From Minisyncoccota bacterium (GTDB taxonomy: Bacteria > Patescibacteriota > Microgenomatia > UBA1400 > PJMF01), in contig JABHWM010000005.1 of assembly GCA_018657765.1 (NCBI GenBank), forward strand, positions 65,138 to 129,137: 64,000 nucleotides of DNA, in the 5' to 3' direction. Both the position numbers and the translations under genes were made by a program. Below are positions 49,964-59,190 of the stretch, one piece after another. The first letter of the stretch is position 1. Each line of letters begins with the position of its first letter. The notes under the pieces are model-generated. The model saw nothing but the letters and a program-made list of their open reading frames with translations. It searched no databases and had not been told where the DNA came from.

Positions 49964-50856
49964 ACACACCAATAGTTTTAATAATTTTCAAACGGAGTCA
50001 ATCTGTTAAAAAAATAATAGATATTCTCAGGATATTTAAACCAACAAACATATATGTTATTGCTGACGGCCCAAGAGAAATCAATGAGAAAAGTGATTGT
50101 AAAAAAGCTAGAGAAGAAATTGATAAAATTGATTGGAATTGTTCTATAAGTAAAAATTACTCTTTAAAAAATCTTGGTTTAAAAAAAAGATTCAAATCTG
50201 GCCTTGATTGGGTTTTTGAAAATGAAAGTAAGGCAGTTATCTTAGAAGATGATTGTATTCCAGATCCATCATTCTTCAAATACTGTGATGAATTGCTCAC
50301 TAAGTATAAAAATAATAAAAAAATACTAACCATATCTGGAAATAACTTTAATTTTACTGAGGAAAGTGAGCTAAAAAATAGTTACTTTTTTTCAAAATAC
50401 CCACTAATCTGGGGATGGGCTACTTGGAAAAGAACTTGGGATTTGTATGATGAAGATATTAGTGACTGGAACATAAATAAAACTAAATGGCTTGACAAAA
50501 TATATAAATCTAAAATAATTAAAAAATATTGGAAATTAATATTTAACAAACTATCCAAAGAAGAAATAAATACATGGGATTACCAATTAACTTATCTTTC
50601 TTTAAAAGAAAATGGGTTAAACATTATTCCTTCAATAAATTTAGTTAAAAATATTGGAGTCGATTCAAAATCAACCAATATTAACAAAAAATCTAGAAAT
50701 ACAAATTTAAGAGCAAATAAAATTAAATTTCCGTTAAATCATCCAAAAAAAATATCTACCCAAGAAAATATTGAATCAAAAATAGAAGAAAGATGTTACC
50801 TTAACTCTAGAATTAAGGTTTCCTTATTTATTAAATCTATTCTTGGAATTATTTAA
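49960..50856 (+). CDS. GT-A-fold nucleotide-diphospho-sugar transferase ('HlpA-like' annotation family)
   Basis: PIVLIIFKR, ADGPR, NLGL, ILEDDC.P..SFF, ISG.NF, WGWATWKR.W, WDYQ, NLV.NIG. Confidence 0.82.
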   Translation: MNTPIVLIIFKRSQSVKKIIDILRIFKPTNIYVIADGPREINEKSDCKKAREEIDKIDWNCSISKNYSLKNLGLKKRFKSGLDWVFENESKAVILEDDCIPDPSFFKYCDELLTKYKNNKKILTISGNNFNFTEESELKNSYFFSKYPLIWGWATWKRTWDLYDEDISDWNINKTKWLDKIYKSKIIKKYWKLIFNKLSKEEINTWDYQLTYLSLKENGLNIIPSINLVKNIGVDSKSTNINKKSRNTNLRANKIKFPLNHPKKISTQENIESKIEERCYLNSRIKVSLFIKSILGII

Positions 50857-50860
50857 TTAA

Positions 50861-51709
50861 ATGAAAAATAAATACTTAAAGCAAGAAAAACACCATAATA
50901 AAATTTTAGGGAGAAAATACCCATGGGATAATGCTGATAGCGTTGATTCTTGGAGACACAAGAGAATGCATCAACTAATTAACCCCTTTTTGGAAAAAAA
51001 AGGAAAGAAGTGGCTTACAGTAGGTGATGGTGGATTTGGAAGAGAAGCTCACTATATAGAGAAAATGGGAGGAGATGCGGTTGCCTCAGATATAGCAGCA
51101 AAGCCCCTTATTATTGCAAAAAAAAGAAGATATATAAAGAAGTATAAAAAGGTTAATGCCGAAAAAATGCCCTTTAAAAACGGCTCTTTTAACTATGTCC
51201 TCTGTAAAGAATCCTATCATCACTTTCCTAGGCCCATTATATCTTTATACGAGATGATAAGGGTTTCTAGAGATGCATCTATTTTGATAGAACCAAACGA
51301 TGTGATGAAAAGAAAAATCTCTTTAAAAAACTTCCTTTCAATAGAAAATATAAATAATTATATCGACAGATTTGAAATCTCTGGAAACTATGTTTACCAA
51401 ATTAGTAGAAGAGAAATGATTAAGGTTGCTTATGGACTAGAATTACCATTAATTGCTTTTAAAGGGATAGATGATCACTATATAGAAGGAGTTGAAAGTG
51501 AGATTTTTGATAAAAAAGGTAAAAAATATAAAAAAATAAAATTTGTTTTAAAAATATTAAATATTTTGTATAAGCTAAGACTTAGAGATAGAAGTATCCT
51601 AGCTATTATTTTCTTTAAAAGAACACCTAACAAAGATGTTCTCAATAAATTAATGAAAGATAACTATAATTTACATTTTTTGAAAAATAACCCATACTCC
51701 TATAAATGA
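50861..51709 (+). CDS. class I SAM methyltransferase (type 11-like)
   Basis: WLTVGDG..G.E, ASD, AE.MPF...SF.YV.C....HH..RP...L.EM.RV, IEP. Confidence 0.8.
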   Translation: MKNKYLKQEKHHNKILGRKYPWDNADSVDSWRHKRMHQLINPFLEKKGKKWLTVGDGGFGREAHYIEKMGGDAVASDIAAKPLIIAKKRRYIKKYKKVNAEKMPFKNGSFNYVLCKESYHHFPRPIISLYEMIRVSRDASILIEPNDVMKRKISLKNFLSIENINNYIDRFEISGNYVYQISRREMIKVAYGLELPLIAFKGIDDHYIEGVESEIFDKKGKKYKKIKFVLKILNILYKLRLRDRSILAIIFFKRTPNKDVLNKLMKDNYNLHFLKNNPYSYK

Positions 51710-52497
51710 TTAATAAAAAAATAAAACAACCATGTAAGCTTTGTAAAAACAATGCTGGCTTTATATTTGATAAAAAAATAATGAATAAGTATCTATCTTC
51801 ATATTATGAATGTAAAAAATGCAAATTTATTCAAACAGAAAAACCTTATTGGCTGAAAGAAGCCTACGAAAATCCAATAAATGACGAAGATACTGGATTA
51901 ATTAGAAGAAATTTTGGAATGTCTAAAATTTCTTCTATAGTAATTTTCTTTTGGTTTAATAAAAGGGGGCTATTTTTAGACTATGCTGGAGGATATGGAC
52001 TCTTGACCAGACTAATGAGAGACATTGGTTTTAATTATTATTGGACTGATCCATTCTGTTTAAACATTTTCTCTCCAGGATTTGAGTTAACTAAAAAAAA
52101 TAAAAAAATTGAACTAGTAACTGCATTTGAATTATTTGAACACATGGAAAATCCAATAAAAGATCTTGAAAAAATATTGAAACACTCCAAAAATATTCTA
52201 TTTTCAACAAAACTAATCCCAAAAAATACGATAAATATCTCAAAATGGGATTACCTTTATCCTGAACATGGTCAACACATTTCATTTTATTCCCAGGAAT
52301 CTTTGGAAAATTTAGCAAAAAAATATAAACTCAATTATTATACTGATGGAGTCATGATTCATCTTTTTACTGAGAAAAAAATATCTAAAATACTATTTTC
52401 TAATATACCTAGGTTTAAAGATATTTTATATTTTTTTTCAAAAATAGGTTTATCATCAAAAACTCATGAAGATAATATTCGTATAGGAAAAAAATGA
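51706..52497 (+). CDS. class I SAM methyltransferase with N-terminal Zn-ribbon
   Basis: CxxC...CxxC, LDYAGGYG, VTAFE.FEH, W.YL.P..GQHISFY. Confidence 0.85.
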   Translation: MINKKIKQPCKLCKNNAGFIFDKKIMNKYLSSYYECKKCKFIQTEKPYWLKEAYENPINDEDTGLIRRNFGMSKISSIVIFFWFNKRGLFLDYAGGYGLLTRLMRDIGFNYYWTDPFCLNIFSPGFELTKKNKKIELVTAFELFEHMENPIKDLEKILKHSKNILFSTKLIPKNTINISKWDYLYPEHGQHISFYSQESLENLAKKYKLNYYTDGVMIHLFTEKKISKILFSNIPRFKDILYFFSKIGLSSKTHEDNIRIGKK

Positions 52498-53579
52498 AAG
52501 TATTATTTGATCATCAGGTTTTTTCTTGGCAAAAGACAGGAGGTGTCTCTAGATATTTTACTGAATTAATGACAAAGATGATTCAGAAAAAAATAAACAT
52601 TTTTTTAAGTGGTATTTTTACTGAAAATATATACATTAAAAAAATAAATAATTCATTAAAAAAAGTAAGTAATTATTATATTCCTGGAAAAACAATTTTA
52701 ATAAAAAAAATAAATAAGATCTCTACAATAAATACTCTTAATAAAAACAACTTTGATATTATTCATCCAACAGGATATGACCCTTATGTGTTTAAGTATT
52801 TAAAAAAATCAAAATTAGTAATAACAATTCATGACATGATTTATGAAAAGTTTCCAGAATACTTTCCGAAAAGTGGGGCTGAAAATAAAAAGAAAATGAT
52901 TTTATCTGCTGATGCAATAATAGCCGTTTCAAATAAAACCAAAGAAGACATTATTAGTTTGTTAAAAGTAAACCCAAAAAATATATACGTTGTACATCAA
53001 GGAGGGTTGATGGGTGTAAAAAACGAAGTAAAAAATAGTGAAAACCCCTTAAAATATTTTTTGTATGTGGGGGATAGAGATAAATATAAAAATTTTTCTC
53101 TATTGATTGAGGAGATTAAATATATTTTAAAAAAGAATAAAAAAATAAAGATTCTTTGTGTTGGAGGTGGAAAATTTAAAACCAAAGAACTTGATCTAAT
53201 GGGAGAATTTAAAAATAGATTTATTCAATTAAACTTAACTGACAAGGAACTTATCTGGGCATATAGGCATGCCTTAGCCTTAATTATTACATCTTTATAC
53301 GAAGGCTTTGGTATACCTGTAATTGAAGCAATGTCACTAGAATGTCCAGTAATACTAAATAAAACATCATCTTTACCAGAAGTTGCCGGAGATGCTGGCC
53401 TTTATTATGATTCAAACAAAAAGAATGATTTAAAAAATAAAATTAATTATCTTTTAAATAACCCTAAACAAAAAAAGGAATTAATTAGAAAAGGGTATCT
53501 TAGAGCAAAGAAGTTCTCATGGGAAAAGTGTGTAAAAGAAACTATCTCTGTTTACAAAAAAGTTTTGAAAGAGAAATAG
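52494..53579 (+). CDS. GT4 glycosyltransferase (MtfB-like)
   Basis: Q..GGVSRYF, TIHDMI.E, YVG.R..YKNF, SLYEGFGIP.IEAM, FSW. Confidence 0.92.
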   Translation: MKVLFDHQVFSWQKTGGVSRYFTELMTKMIQKKINIFLSGIFTENIYIKKINNSLKKVSNYYIPGKTILIKKINKISTINTLNKNNFDIIHPTGYDPYVFKYLKKSKLVITIHDMIYEKFPEYFPKSGAENKKKMILSADAIIAVSNKTKEDIISLLKVNPKNIYVVHQGGLMGVKNEVKNSENPLKYFLYVGDRDKYKNFSLLIEEIKYILKKNKKIKILCVGGGKFKTKELDLMGEFKNRFIQLNLTDKELIWAYRHALALIITSLYEGFGIPVIEAMSLECPVILNKTSSLPEVAGDAGLYYDSNKKNDLKNKINYLLNNPKQKKELIRKGYLRAKKFSWEKCVKETISVYKKVLKEK

Positions 53580-53581
53580 TA

Positions 53582-54475
53582 ATGAATAAAACAGAACCTT
53601 TTTCTACACCGATCATTTTTATATTTTTTAACCGTTCAGAACATATTGTAGAGACACTATCTGTCTTGCAAAAACTAAAACCATCCAAACTATACCTAGT
53701 AGCTGATGGCCCACGAAATAATAAAGAGAGAAAACAAATTCAAAAGGTAAGAAAACTAGTAGAAAAAAATATTATCTGGAAAACAAAAGTTACTAAAATA
53801 TATGCTCATAAAAACATGGGCCTCAGAAACAGGATAGTCTCTGGACTAAATAATGTCTTTGAAAAAGAAGAGACAGCAATAATAATGGAAGATGACTGTA
53901 TTGCAGATCAATCTTTTTTCAAATTCTGTGATGTTTTACTAAAAAAATATAAAAATAATAAAAAAATTGGAAGTATTACTGGAGATAACTTTTTATTCAA
54001 TCAAGAAAAACAAAAGAATAGTTACTATTTTTCTCAGTATCCTCACTCATGGGGTTGGGCTACCTGGAAAAGAGCTTGGAATTTATTTGATAACGAAATG
54101 AGTGACTGGAAAACTGTTTGGAGTAAAAAACAATTTACTTCACCTCTAGTAAAATGGTATTGGTATCTTGTTTTTACACTTGTTACTAAATTAAAAATAG
54201 ATTCTTGGGCCTATCGTTGGACATATAGTTGCTTCAAAAATAATTTATTGACTATTATTCCAAGAGAAAATCTGGTACAAAATAAGGGTGTTGGTAAAAC
54301 AGCTACTAATACAAAGCTAAAGAACTCTGTTCTAGATATGAAGGCATATGAGCTTTCTTTTCCTCTAAAACATCCCGCCCGTGTTCTACAAAATAAAAAT
54401 TATGATGCTCTGACTGAAAAAAACTTATATATAAAGTTTAGAACCATTGTTGGAGCCATACTGAAATTTATATAA
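53582..54475 (+). CDS. GT-A-fold sugar transferase ('HlpA-like'), paralog of 49960
   Basis: PIIFIFFNR, ADGPR, NMGL, MEDDC....SFF, ITG.NF, WGWATWKRAW. ATG 53582 preferred. Confidence 0.82.
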   Translation: MNKTEPFSTPIIFIFFNRSEHIVETLSVLQKLKPSKLYLVADGPRNNKERKQIQKVRKLVEKNIIWKTKVTKIYAHKNMGLRNRIVSGLNNVFEKEETAIIMEDDCIADQSFFKFCDVLLKKYKNNKKIGSITGDNFLFNQEKQKNSYYFSQYPHSWGWATWKRAWNLFDNEMSDWKTVWSKKQFTSPLVKWYWYLVFTLVTKLKIDSWAYRWTYSCFKNNLLTIIPRENLVQNKGVGKTATNTKLKNSVLDMKAYELSFPLKHPARVLQNKNYDALTEKNLYIKFRTIVGAILKFI

Positions 54476-55218
54476 TGAATACTGGTCTCACATCAAAATC
54501 ATTTTGGTTAAAATACTGGCAAACTAAAGATCTTGTAATTCCTATCAAAAAAAACTATCCATTCTCAGATCTTTTTCAAAAATATTGTTCACCAAGACAA
54601 CTAAAAACTTTCTTGGAAATTGGTGGTTTTCCTGGATATTTTGCTATTTATCTAAAAAAACATCTTGGATATGAAGTTAGTTTGCTAGACTATGTTGTTC
54701 AACGAAAAACTATTCATAAACTATTAAAAAAGAATGGCTTAAAGAAAAAAGATCTAATAGTTCATGAAAAAGATTTTTTTAATTTTTCTACTAAGAAAAA
54801 ATATGATGTAGTATTTTCTTCTGGATTTATAGAACACTTTGAAAATTATGATGAAATAATAAAAAAGCATTGGCAACTTACTAACAAAGGTGGTGTAATG
54901 CTAATTATCTTACCCAATCTACTAGGCCTCAATGGTCACTTTCAGTTAATGTTTGACCCAGATAATCTCAATATCCATAACTTATCTTCAATGAATATTA
55001 AAAGTTTAAAAAAGATAATTAAAAATTTAAATCCCAGTAAATTTGAAGTAAGATACTACGGAGGATTAAGTATTTGGCTAGAGAATCTCAATCAAAAATC
55101 TCTTTTTCAAAAACTACTTGTTTATGGAGTATATGCTATTGGAAAAATATTTAAATTATTTAGAATAAATAGTAAATTTACTTCACCATTTATTTATCTT
55201 GTTGCTCACAAAAAATGA
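54475..55218 (+). CDS. class I SAM methyltransferase
   Basis: FLEIGGFPG, LDY, DFF, YDVVFS.GFIEHF, GG...I..PN. Confidence 0.88.
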   Translation: MNTGLTSKSFWLKYWQTKDLVIPIKKNYPFSDLFQKYCSPRQLKTFLEIGGFPGYFAIYLKKHLGYEVSLLDYVVQRKTIHKLLKKNGLKKKDLIVHEKDFFNFSTKKKYDVVFSSGFIEHFENYDEIIKKHWQLTNKGGVMLIILPNLLGLNGHFQLMFDPDNLNIHNLSSMNIKSLKKIIKNLNPSKFEVRYYGGLSIWLENLNQKSLFQKLLVYGVYAIGKIFKLFRINSKFTSPFIYLVAHKK

Positions 55219-56363
55219 AAAAACCTTCCATACTTATGATCGGCACAGCAGACACTATGGGTGGGGCAGCCCGTCAAAGTTGGATCCTGGGTCATGAATT
55301 AAAATCTAAAGGATATAAAGTTAGATGGTTAGTTCGCACCAAAAAATCAAATAAGAGCTATGTTCATGGTTTTTTTAATCACTGGCAAACAAACTTTGCT
55401 CATTTGAGAAATTTTTTATTATCTAATGACCTTGATTCTGGATTAGAAAAAGAAATTTTTGATCACTCTTGGTACAAACAAGCAGATATTATTCATTTAC
55501 AAAACCTACATGGAAACTACTTTAGACTAAAATCTATTATCAGGATTTCTAAAGAAAAAAAACTAATTTGGACTCTACATGACATGTGGGCTATTACTGG
55601 AAAATCACCATATATCATCACTAACAAAGAGAATAATTGGCTTTATCCACCAATGTTGATAGATACTCATAAAAAATTAAAAATAAAAAAACAAAAAATC
55701 TATAAACAACTAAAAAACATCCAGCTAATAACACCATCAGTTTGGCTAAATAATTTAGTTAAAAAATCGTCTCTCAAAAAGTTTGCTAACACTACTATTT
55801 ACAACGGAGTAGATACTAATAAATATAAACCAAAAAAAATAAATCAACAAAAAATAATTATAACAACAGTAATTAGCGGTGGTTTTCAAAGTCCATTTAA
55901 AGGTGGGGAATTAATCAAAAATCTAATTCCATTAATAAAAAATCTAGATTTAGAACTTCATTTTGTTGGAGGAAAGAAAAAGCATAGAGATAGCAATATT
56001 ATTTATCATGGAAAATTAGATCAAAAACAACTCATAAATCAGTATCAACAATCAACTGCTATTTTAGTTCCGTCACTAGCAGATAATTGCCCAATGGTAA
56101 TTATTGAATCATTATCTTGTGGAATACCAGTTATTGCCACCAAAGTAGGAGGAATTCCAGAGCTTATTACTCATAAAAAAAATGGTTATTTAGCAGATCC
56201 AAATCTAAATAGTCTTTTAAATGGAATAAATTGGCTTATGAAATTAAATAATAAAGAAATCAACAAAATTAAAAAAAATAATCGTCAGAAAACTCTTAAG
56301 AATTTCTCACTTTCAACAATGGTCAATAAATACGAAAAACTCTATCATTCCCTCTCTTCATAA
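55215..56363 (+). CDS. GT4 glycosyltransferase (WcaC-like)
   Basis: GGAAR, ADIIHL.NLHG.Y, WTLHDMW..TG, PS.WL, PSLADNCP...IE...CG.PV....GGIPE. Confidence 0.9.
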   Translation: MKKPSILMIGTADTMGGAARQSWILGHELKSKGYKVRWLVRTKKSNKSYVHGFFNHWQTNFAHLRNFLLSNDLDSGLEKEIFDHSWYKQADIIHLQNLHGNYFRLKSIIRISKEKKLIWTLHDMWAITGKSPYIITNKENNWLYPPMLIDTHKKLKIKKQKIYKQLKNIQLITPSVWLNNLVKKSSLKKFANTTIYNGVDTNKYKPKKINQQKIIITTVISGGFQSPFKGGELIKNLIPLIKNLDLELHFVGGKKKHRDSNIIYHGKLDQKQLINQYQQSTAILVPSLADNCPMVIIESLSCGIPVIATKVGGIPELITHKKNGYLADPNLNSLLNGINWLMKLNNKEINKIKKNNRQKTLKNFSLSTMVNKYEKLYHSLSS

Positions 56364-56393
56364 TTACCCCAAAAGATGTCATAATTTCCAGAC

Positions 56394-57656
56394 ATGAAAC
56401 TTCTCAAATCTACCGGCATAAGACAATCTGTCTTTACTGTAATTGGAAACCTAATGGGCACTGGTATAGCTGCAATAGCTGTAATTTTACTTATTCGTAT
56501 TCTAGGGCCAGAGAAATATGCAGAGTTTAGTGTTGGATTTGCTATTGTCTTGATGCTCACTAGACTTAATGATCTGGGTCTCAACCCAACAATCGTAAAG
56601 TTTGCTTCAGAGTTAAAAACAAACTCAGAAAAAAACTTTATTTATAACTATGCCTTGAAATACAAGCTCTTAGTTTCCACGATAATAATATTACTAGGAG
56701 TTTTCTTCTATAAACCAATAGCAGAGATATTGAAACTAAATGAGCCACTTATTATTTTACTGAGTTTTTCTTTCGGTCTAGCCACTGTTTATTACGAATA
56801 TTTATTATCAATTTTCCAGTCACTCCATTCTTTTGGAAAAACAGTTCTTATTAACACTATCCAGGCTATAGTAAAACTACTAGCTGTTGGCACATTGTTT
56901 TTTATTGGTTCACAAAATATTCTCCCAGCATATTTTTGGTATATCTTTGCCACTTTTATCCCAGTTTTCTTTGCAAGAAAGCTACTTCCAGATTGGTTCA
57001 AAATAGATTTTAATAGAAGTAATAAGAAACTTCAGAAAAAAATTCTTTCTTTAGCTAGTCATGCCAGCATTGGTCTTATTGCCGCAGGAATAATAGAAAA
57101 CATTGATATTCTTTTTGTCCAAAAATACCTCACAGCCTACGAAACAGGTCTTTATGGAGGAATCTCTAGAATTGCTTTATTCTTTGCCATTGTGGCTTAT
57201 TCACTGGGAAATGTTCTAAATGCTAGAGCCTCAAAATATAAATCTAAAGAACATATTAGTGCTTTTCTAAAAAAATCTTTTATTTTATCTGCGCTGATTA
57301 TCCTCAGCTTTGCTTTGTTTGTACCACTAGCTAACCCTTTGATTTTTTACTCTATAGGAGCAGAATTTCTTTCTGGTAATTTGATCTTGATTATCCTCAC
57401 AGCAGGCTCTTTCTTTGCTCTAGCAGCCATTCCTTTTATTGCTATTTTCTTTGCCTTAGAAGCAAACTGGTATTTTTCTGTTAGTGGGATATTACAACTA
57501 ATTATTGTTCTGACAGGTAACTTTATGTTTGTGCCAGAGCATGGCCTGATAGCTGCTGCTTGGACTCGCTTTGCTACCAGATTATTTTTACTGTTATTTA
57601 CTGTTATTAGTAGCATTGTGGTATACAAGAAACAATATGGCAAAGTGGCTGCGTAA
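56394..57656 (+). CDS. Wzx-like oligosaccharide flippase
   Basis: R.LGPE.Y..F, DLGL, ID...V...L.....G.Y; about 12 TMs. Extended -10 TGtCATAAT at 56377-56385. Confidence 0.85.
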   Translation: MKLLKSTGIRQSVFTVIGNLMGTGIAAIAVILLIRILGPEKYAEFSVGFAIVLMLTRLNDLGLNPTIVKFASELKTNSEKNFIYNYALKYKLLVSTIIILLGVFFYKPIAEILKLNEPLIILLSFSFGLATVYYEYLLSIFQSLHSFGKTVLINTIQAIVKLLAVGTLFFIGSQNILPAYFWYIFATFIPVFFARKLLPDWFKIDFNRSNKKLQKKILSLASHASIGLIAAGIIENIDILFVQKYLTAYETGLYGGISRIALFFAIVAYSLGNVLNARASKYKSKEHISAFLKKSFILSALIILSFALFVPLANPLIFYSIGAEFLSGNLILIILTAGSFFALAAIPFIAIFFALEANWYFSVSGILQLIIVLTGNFMFVPEHGLIAAAWTRFATRLFLLLFTVISSIVVYKKQYGKVAA

Positions 57657-59190
57657 AACATTCCAATTTATAGATAAATATTTTTTATTCCTGATTTTAG
57701 GAATTTATCTTTTATTTACTCTTCCAGCTCTTCTAGATTCCAATCATTTTCTATATAACCTAGAGCCATATCCAGATGGTCTTTTGTATGCCCTTAGTGG
57801 TAAGAACTTTTGGTTGGGGAGGGGACTAAAACTAATCTTTCCTTTTGGAGAACTTACTAATTGGGTACCACCAGTTTATTCATTGGCCTTAGGTCTTGGA
57901 GCTTTTATTTTTTCTATCCCTGCTTCGTTTTATGTAACAAATGTAATTATTAATTTACTCACTATCACTGTTTTTTTCTGGATCTTAAATACAACCACAA
58001 AAAAATCTACTACCAGAGACATTGGCATGATTGCTTTGTTATCTCACTTTATTTTTTTCTGGTTACCCAGTAGCCCTTTGACAGAAAATATATCTTTGTT
58101 ATTTTTTGTCACAATGATCGCTAGTTTTTTTATAAAAGACTGGAAGAAATATTTACTACTTAGTTTTAGTATCTTGGGATTATTATTTACTAGATACTCT
58201 ATCTTTCCTTTAATTATTGGCGGGATAATAGTGCCATTATTTATTTTCTTCAAAAAACTTTCTCCTAAGAAAAAAATCATTATTAGCTTATTAAGCTTAG
58301 GATTATTCATTTTGGCTTTGTGGTTTTTATCTCTAAAAAATATTTATTTACTAGGTTTTTCTAAAGTAATACTCAGTAATACTAGCCCTTGGTTTGGAAC
58401 CAGATTTATTACTTCTCATTTAATGATTTATCTCAAAATGATTTTATTTTCCAAAGGATTGTTTTTATGGATGAATATTGGTCTTACTAATTTTATTTTT
58501 TTTGGACTTTTCCTAACTAGTTTATTTGTCTTGTTCAAAAAAAGAATGTGGCAAAAATTCTGGATCTTATCTATTTTATTTATTGCTCAACTTCCATTAC
58601 AACTAGTTTTTTATGTAGCTGATGCTCGTTACCTTATTTACAGCATTCCTTTAATTATTTTGGGAGTTAGCTGGCTGATAGATGCTTTACCAAAAAAGAA
58701 AAAGCTTCTTATTGCTCTCACTATTCTTGGAATAATTCTCCAACTTTTTTTACAAAGAACTTTTGTTAGACAAGTACTGGCAGATAACCTGTTAGGAAGA
58801 TCAACCGCTTGGCAATACGAAGCAGTAGAACACTTCAATTCCGTGTTGAAAGATGAAGATCTATTAGTTACAGCTCTGCCACCTTTCTTGGTCGATATCT
58901 ACCAAACATCTGAATATAGAGTAGCTCCTCTTTCTTACAATCAGGAGTTTATGAACAAAAAACAATATCTCTGGGGGAATGATCTAAATTATGAACAGCT
59001 TACTGATACTTATACTCAATGGTTGGTAGAAGGGAAAAAAGTTTATATTTCCAATGCCTACATTACTCATCATAAAGATGTCATTAAAGACTATGAAACC
59101 ATAAAAGAAGTATTTTCATTAGAACTAGTCAGTGAAGGTTGTAGTAATGCCTGTGATATATATAAGTTGGAGTTACTGAAAAATGAATAA
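57637..59190 (+). CDS. multi-TM probable GT-C glycosyltransferase
   Basis: PD...Y..., PP.YS, TEN, TR, RY motifs; about 12 TMs. ATG 57637 preferred over 57571. Confidence 0.65.
   Translation: MAKWLRKTFQFIDKYFLFLILGIYLLFTLPALLDSNHFLYNLEPYPDGLLYALSGKNFWLGRGLKLIFPFGELTNWVPPVYSLALGLGAFIFSIPASFYVTNVIINLLTITVFFWILNTTTKKSTTRDIGMIALLSHFIFFWLPSSPLTENISLLFFVTMIASFFIKDWKKYLLLSFSILGLLFTRYSIFPLIIGGIIVPLFIFFKKLSPKKKIIISLLSLGLFILALWFLSLKNIYLLGFSKVILSNTSPWFGTRFITSHLMIYLKMILFSKGLFLWMNIGLTNFIFFGLFLTSLFVLFKKRMWQKFWILSILFIAQLPLQLVFYVADARYLIYSIPLIILGVSWLIDALPKKKKLLIALTILGIILQLFLQRTFVRQVLADNLLGRSTAWQYEAVEHFNSVLKDEDLLVTALPPFLVDIYQTSEYRVAPLSYNQEFMNKKQYLWGNDLNYEQLTDTYTQWLVEGKKVYISNAYITHHKDVIKDYETIKEVFSLELVSEGCSNACDIYKLELLKNE

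Noticed and set aside
1023..58838. Short ORFs overlapping long genes (e.g. 1023+, 5228+, 6847-, 6984+, 14059-, 16255-, 17593-, 17667-, 18850-, 23536-, 28002-, 31927-, 32669-, 35107-, 42563-, 45151-, 49375-, 52091-, 52997-, 56345-, 56792-, 57347-, 58044-, 58638-)
   Set aside because: Shadow frames of well-supported genes, with no motifs or translation signals.
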